The notes below the pieces were generated by a model, which saw only the letters and a list, made by a program, of their open reading frames with translations, was not told where the DNA came from and did no database searches. DNA of 37,860 nucleotides, taken from contig CAXBPH010000033.1 of NCBI GenBank assembly GCA_963977445.1, forward strand, positions 1-37,860, in the 5' to 3' direction. The stretch is from an uncultured bacterium. GTDB taxonomy: Bacteria > Hydrogenedentota > Hydrogenedentia > Hydrogenedentales > JAEUWI01. Below are positions 35,993 through 37,860 of the stretch, in pieces. Position 1 is the first letter of the stretch. Each line of letters opens with the position of its first letter. A program made the translations under genes and the position numbers.

Positions 35993-37576
35993 TCACGGCA
36001 CCTGTTCTTCTTCTACCGTATCTGCAACGGGCGCATCTTGCTTGGTATCTGCACTCGCCGCCATCTGGGTCTCCTTAACATCTCTGTGATATTTCTGCAG
36101 AATGGAATCCCAGCTTCCACCTTCCTTAATAATCTCTACCGCACGGAGCAGGGGCAGGTCTTCCACGGTCTTCTCGTCGCGATCTTTAAGACTGATACGA
36201 TCACGGAGAATGGTCGCCACGTCTTCACCGTAGTATTCTGCGACCTGAGTCAACAGGGCTTCCTTCTCATCCACCGCACTGGAATCTGCCACGGTTACGG
36301 AGTCTCCGGAAGCGGTACCGTGATTTTGCAGGTTCCGCTTGGTGTAATCCTCTTCGTAGGAGCGGAACATCTGGTTTATCAGCGCGTTAACTTCGCTTTG
36401 ATCCATTTCGACCGCCACATCGGGCAAAATGCCCTGATGGTCAATCGTAACGTCAGCAGGCGTGTAGTAGAGGGCTGTCGTCAATCGAAGTGCCGTATTT
36501 TCCGGCCGCTTCAAGGGGATAATTGTCTGAACACTGCCCTTACCGAAGGTCTTTTCTCCGATGATGAGGGCACGCTTATGAAATTGGAGGGCACCCGTCA
36601 CGATTTCGGCCGAACTGGCCGTATCGCCATTGACAAGAATCATCATGGGAAACTCTGGGGGCAATACCGGTGTATTCTCCGTGTAGAGCTCCATGTTTTC
36701 CGCATTCTCCGCCCCATTTAACTGAGCACGACCCTTGGTGTAGGTCACGAGCGATTTCTTGGGCAAGAAAAGATCGCTGACTTCCTGGCTTGCACTCAGG
36801 AGACCACCGGGATTCCAGCGCAAGTCCAACACAAAGGCGGTCATGCCTTCGTTCTTAAACTCATTCAAACGCTTTCGCATGTCTTTGGCGGTATTGTCTT
36901 TGAAATCACGGACCCGGATATAACCGATGCCGCCGGGAAGTATGCGTGCCTCGCGAATGCTTTCCAATGGGACCTTGGCCCGCTTCACGGAAAAATCGAC
37001 GTTCTGGAGGGCACCGCCCTGGACACGGGAAATCGTGATGTTAACGGACGTGCCCCGTTCCCCACGTATGCGATCAGCCACGGCATTCACAATTTTGAAT
37101 GCGGGGTTGTCTTTACCTTCTTCCCACATGGAGTCGGTGGTCACCCCATCCACGGCAACAATAATGTCACCGGCTTTTAAACCGGCCTCTGCTGCGGGAG
37201 CGCCTTCAATGGGCATGTAGACAATGACCTGACGCTCCTCTTCCCGAATGGAAACGCCGATACCTTCAAATTCGCCACGGGTATCTTCACGCATTTCCGT
37301 GAGCGCGGCTGCCGGGATATAGCTGTTGTGGCCACCCAAGGCACCCATCATGCCAAAAATGGCACCTTCCACGACACGATCCATATCGGCTTCTTCGACG
37401 TACTCATCGAGTATCTTTGAGAGTACTTCGCCCAGGGGCTCGATCTTGGGATAGAGGTCGACCTCGCTCCCCTGCGCATGGATACGCGGGGCGAAACCGT
37501 TGGTCAGCAGCAGGGTCAGTGCGGCGAGAAAGGTCAAAAGAGCGAAGAATTCGGTCTTGCTGGATTTACGTTGCAT
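35993..37576 (-). CDS. ctpA: S41 family carboxyl-terminal processing peptidase with PDZ domain
   Basis: Signal peptide, GEFEGIG, PA..AGLKAGD.I..VDG (PDZ), LDLR.NPGG.L, TASSAEI, TFGKGSVQ, GI.PD. Confidence 0.93.
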   Translation of the reverse strand: MQRKSSKTEFFALLTFLAALTLLLTNGFAPRIHAQGSEVDLYPKIEPLGEVLSKILDEYVEEADMDRVVEGAIFGMMGALGGHNSYIPAAALTEMREDTRGEFEGIGVSIREEERQVIVYMPIEGAPAAEAGLKAGDIIVAVDGVTTDSMWEEGKDNPAFKIVNAVADRIRGERGTSVNITISRVQGGALQNVDFSVKRAKVPLESIREARILPGGIGYIRVRDFKDNTAKDMRKRLNEFKNEGMTAFVLDLRWNPGGLLSASQEVSDLFLPKKSLVTYTKGRAQLNGAENAENMELYTENTPVLPPEFPMMILVNGDTASSAEIVTGALQFHKRALIIGEKTFGKGSVQTIIPLKRPENTALRLTTALYYTPADVTIDHQGILPDVAVEMDQSEVNALINQMFRSYEEDYTKRNLQNHGTASGDSVTVADSSAVDEKEALLTQVAEYYGEDVATILRDRISLKDRDEKTVEDLPLLRAVEIIKEGGSWDSILQKYHRDVKETQMAASADTKQDAPVADTVEEEQVP

Positions 37577-37842
37577 GGGGTCTCCAAACCTGGTCGTTCA
37601 AACCAAATTGGGTTGCTTGTTACTACGTTTGCCCACTGACTTTTTATAGGAGTGTACCAGAAGAATTCAGAACATTGCGACTGCCATGTCAATAATAACC
37701 CGAAAGTCTTACAGATACCACACCTTACAAGCTATTTGACAGTATTATTACTTTATCTTGAGGCTCCATCCTGATACAATTGCCACGGTTGACCAAGTTT
37801 TTTTGAATGTATTGCTCCCACCGGCGTCTGTATCGTTGGAAT

Positions 37843-37860
37843 GAGGAGATACAGCATATG
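37843..37860 (+). other. Probable ribosome-binding site and start codon of a divergent gene continuing beyond the window
   Basis: GAGGAG (37843-37848) followed 9 nt later by ATG (37858-37860). TGaTACAAT at 37772-37780 upstream. Confidence 0.45.

Noticed and set aside
37664..37741. TTGACA hexamers on both strands upstream of ctpA
   Set aside because: Neither has a convincing -10 at 16-18 bp spacing, so no promoter was called from them.

Overview
This is a moderately GC-rich bacterial chromosomal segment made mostly of housekeeping genes. The DUF1559-type prepilin N-terminus ([34 protein letters not shown]) suggests Candidatus Hydrogenedentota or a Planctomycete-like lineage (inference only). 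Gene order: frameshifted prepilin/DUF1559 gene (cut by the window edge); membrane-anchored hypothetical protein; lipA, stand-alone lipoyl domain, hom, thrC, HAD phosphatase, lipB; a ~220-bp MITE-like element; TPR protein; hflX (probably with a CTG start); a xylose-isomerase-fold protein lacking most metal ligands; a 620-bp structured intergenic region (consensus sigma70 promoter, structured leader, candidate sRNA with UUCCCCC loops); dprA, lpxK, ceramidase-like protein; alpha/beta hydrolase; a TolC/MacA/MacB-type efflux operon; the rimP-nusA-infB-DUF503-rbfA::nrnA fusion-truB-ribF operon; and pgeF, hslU (without hslV), rpiB, tsaC, rdgB, rph, ctpA. I found no tRNA, rRNA, CRISPR array, transposase or phage gene. 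The best candidate for an undescribed system is the sRNA / structured leader / pseudo-isomerase block at ~10490-12000. All family assignments come from motif recognition by eye, not from database searches.
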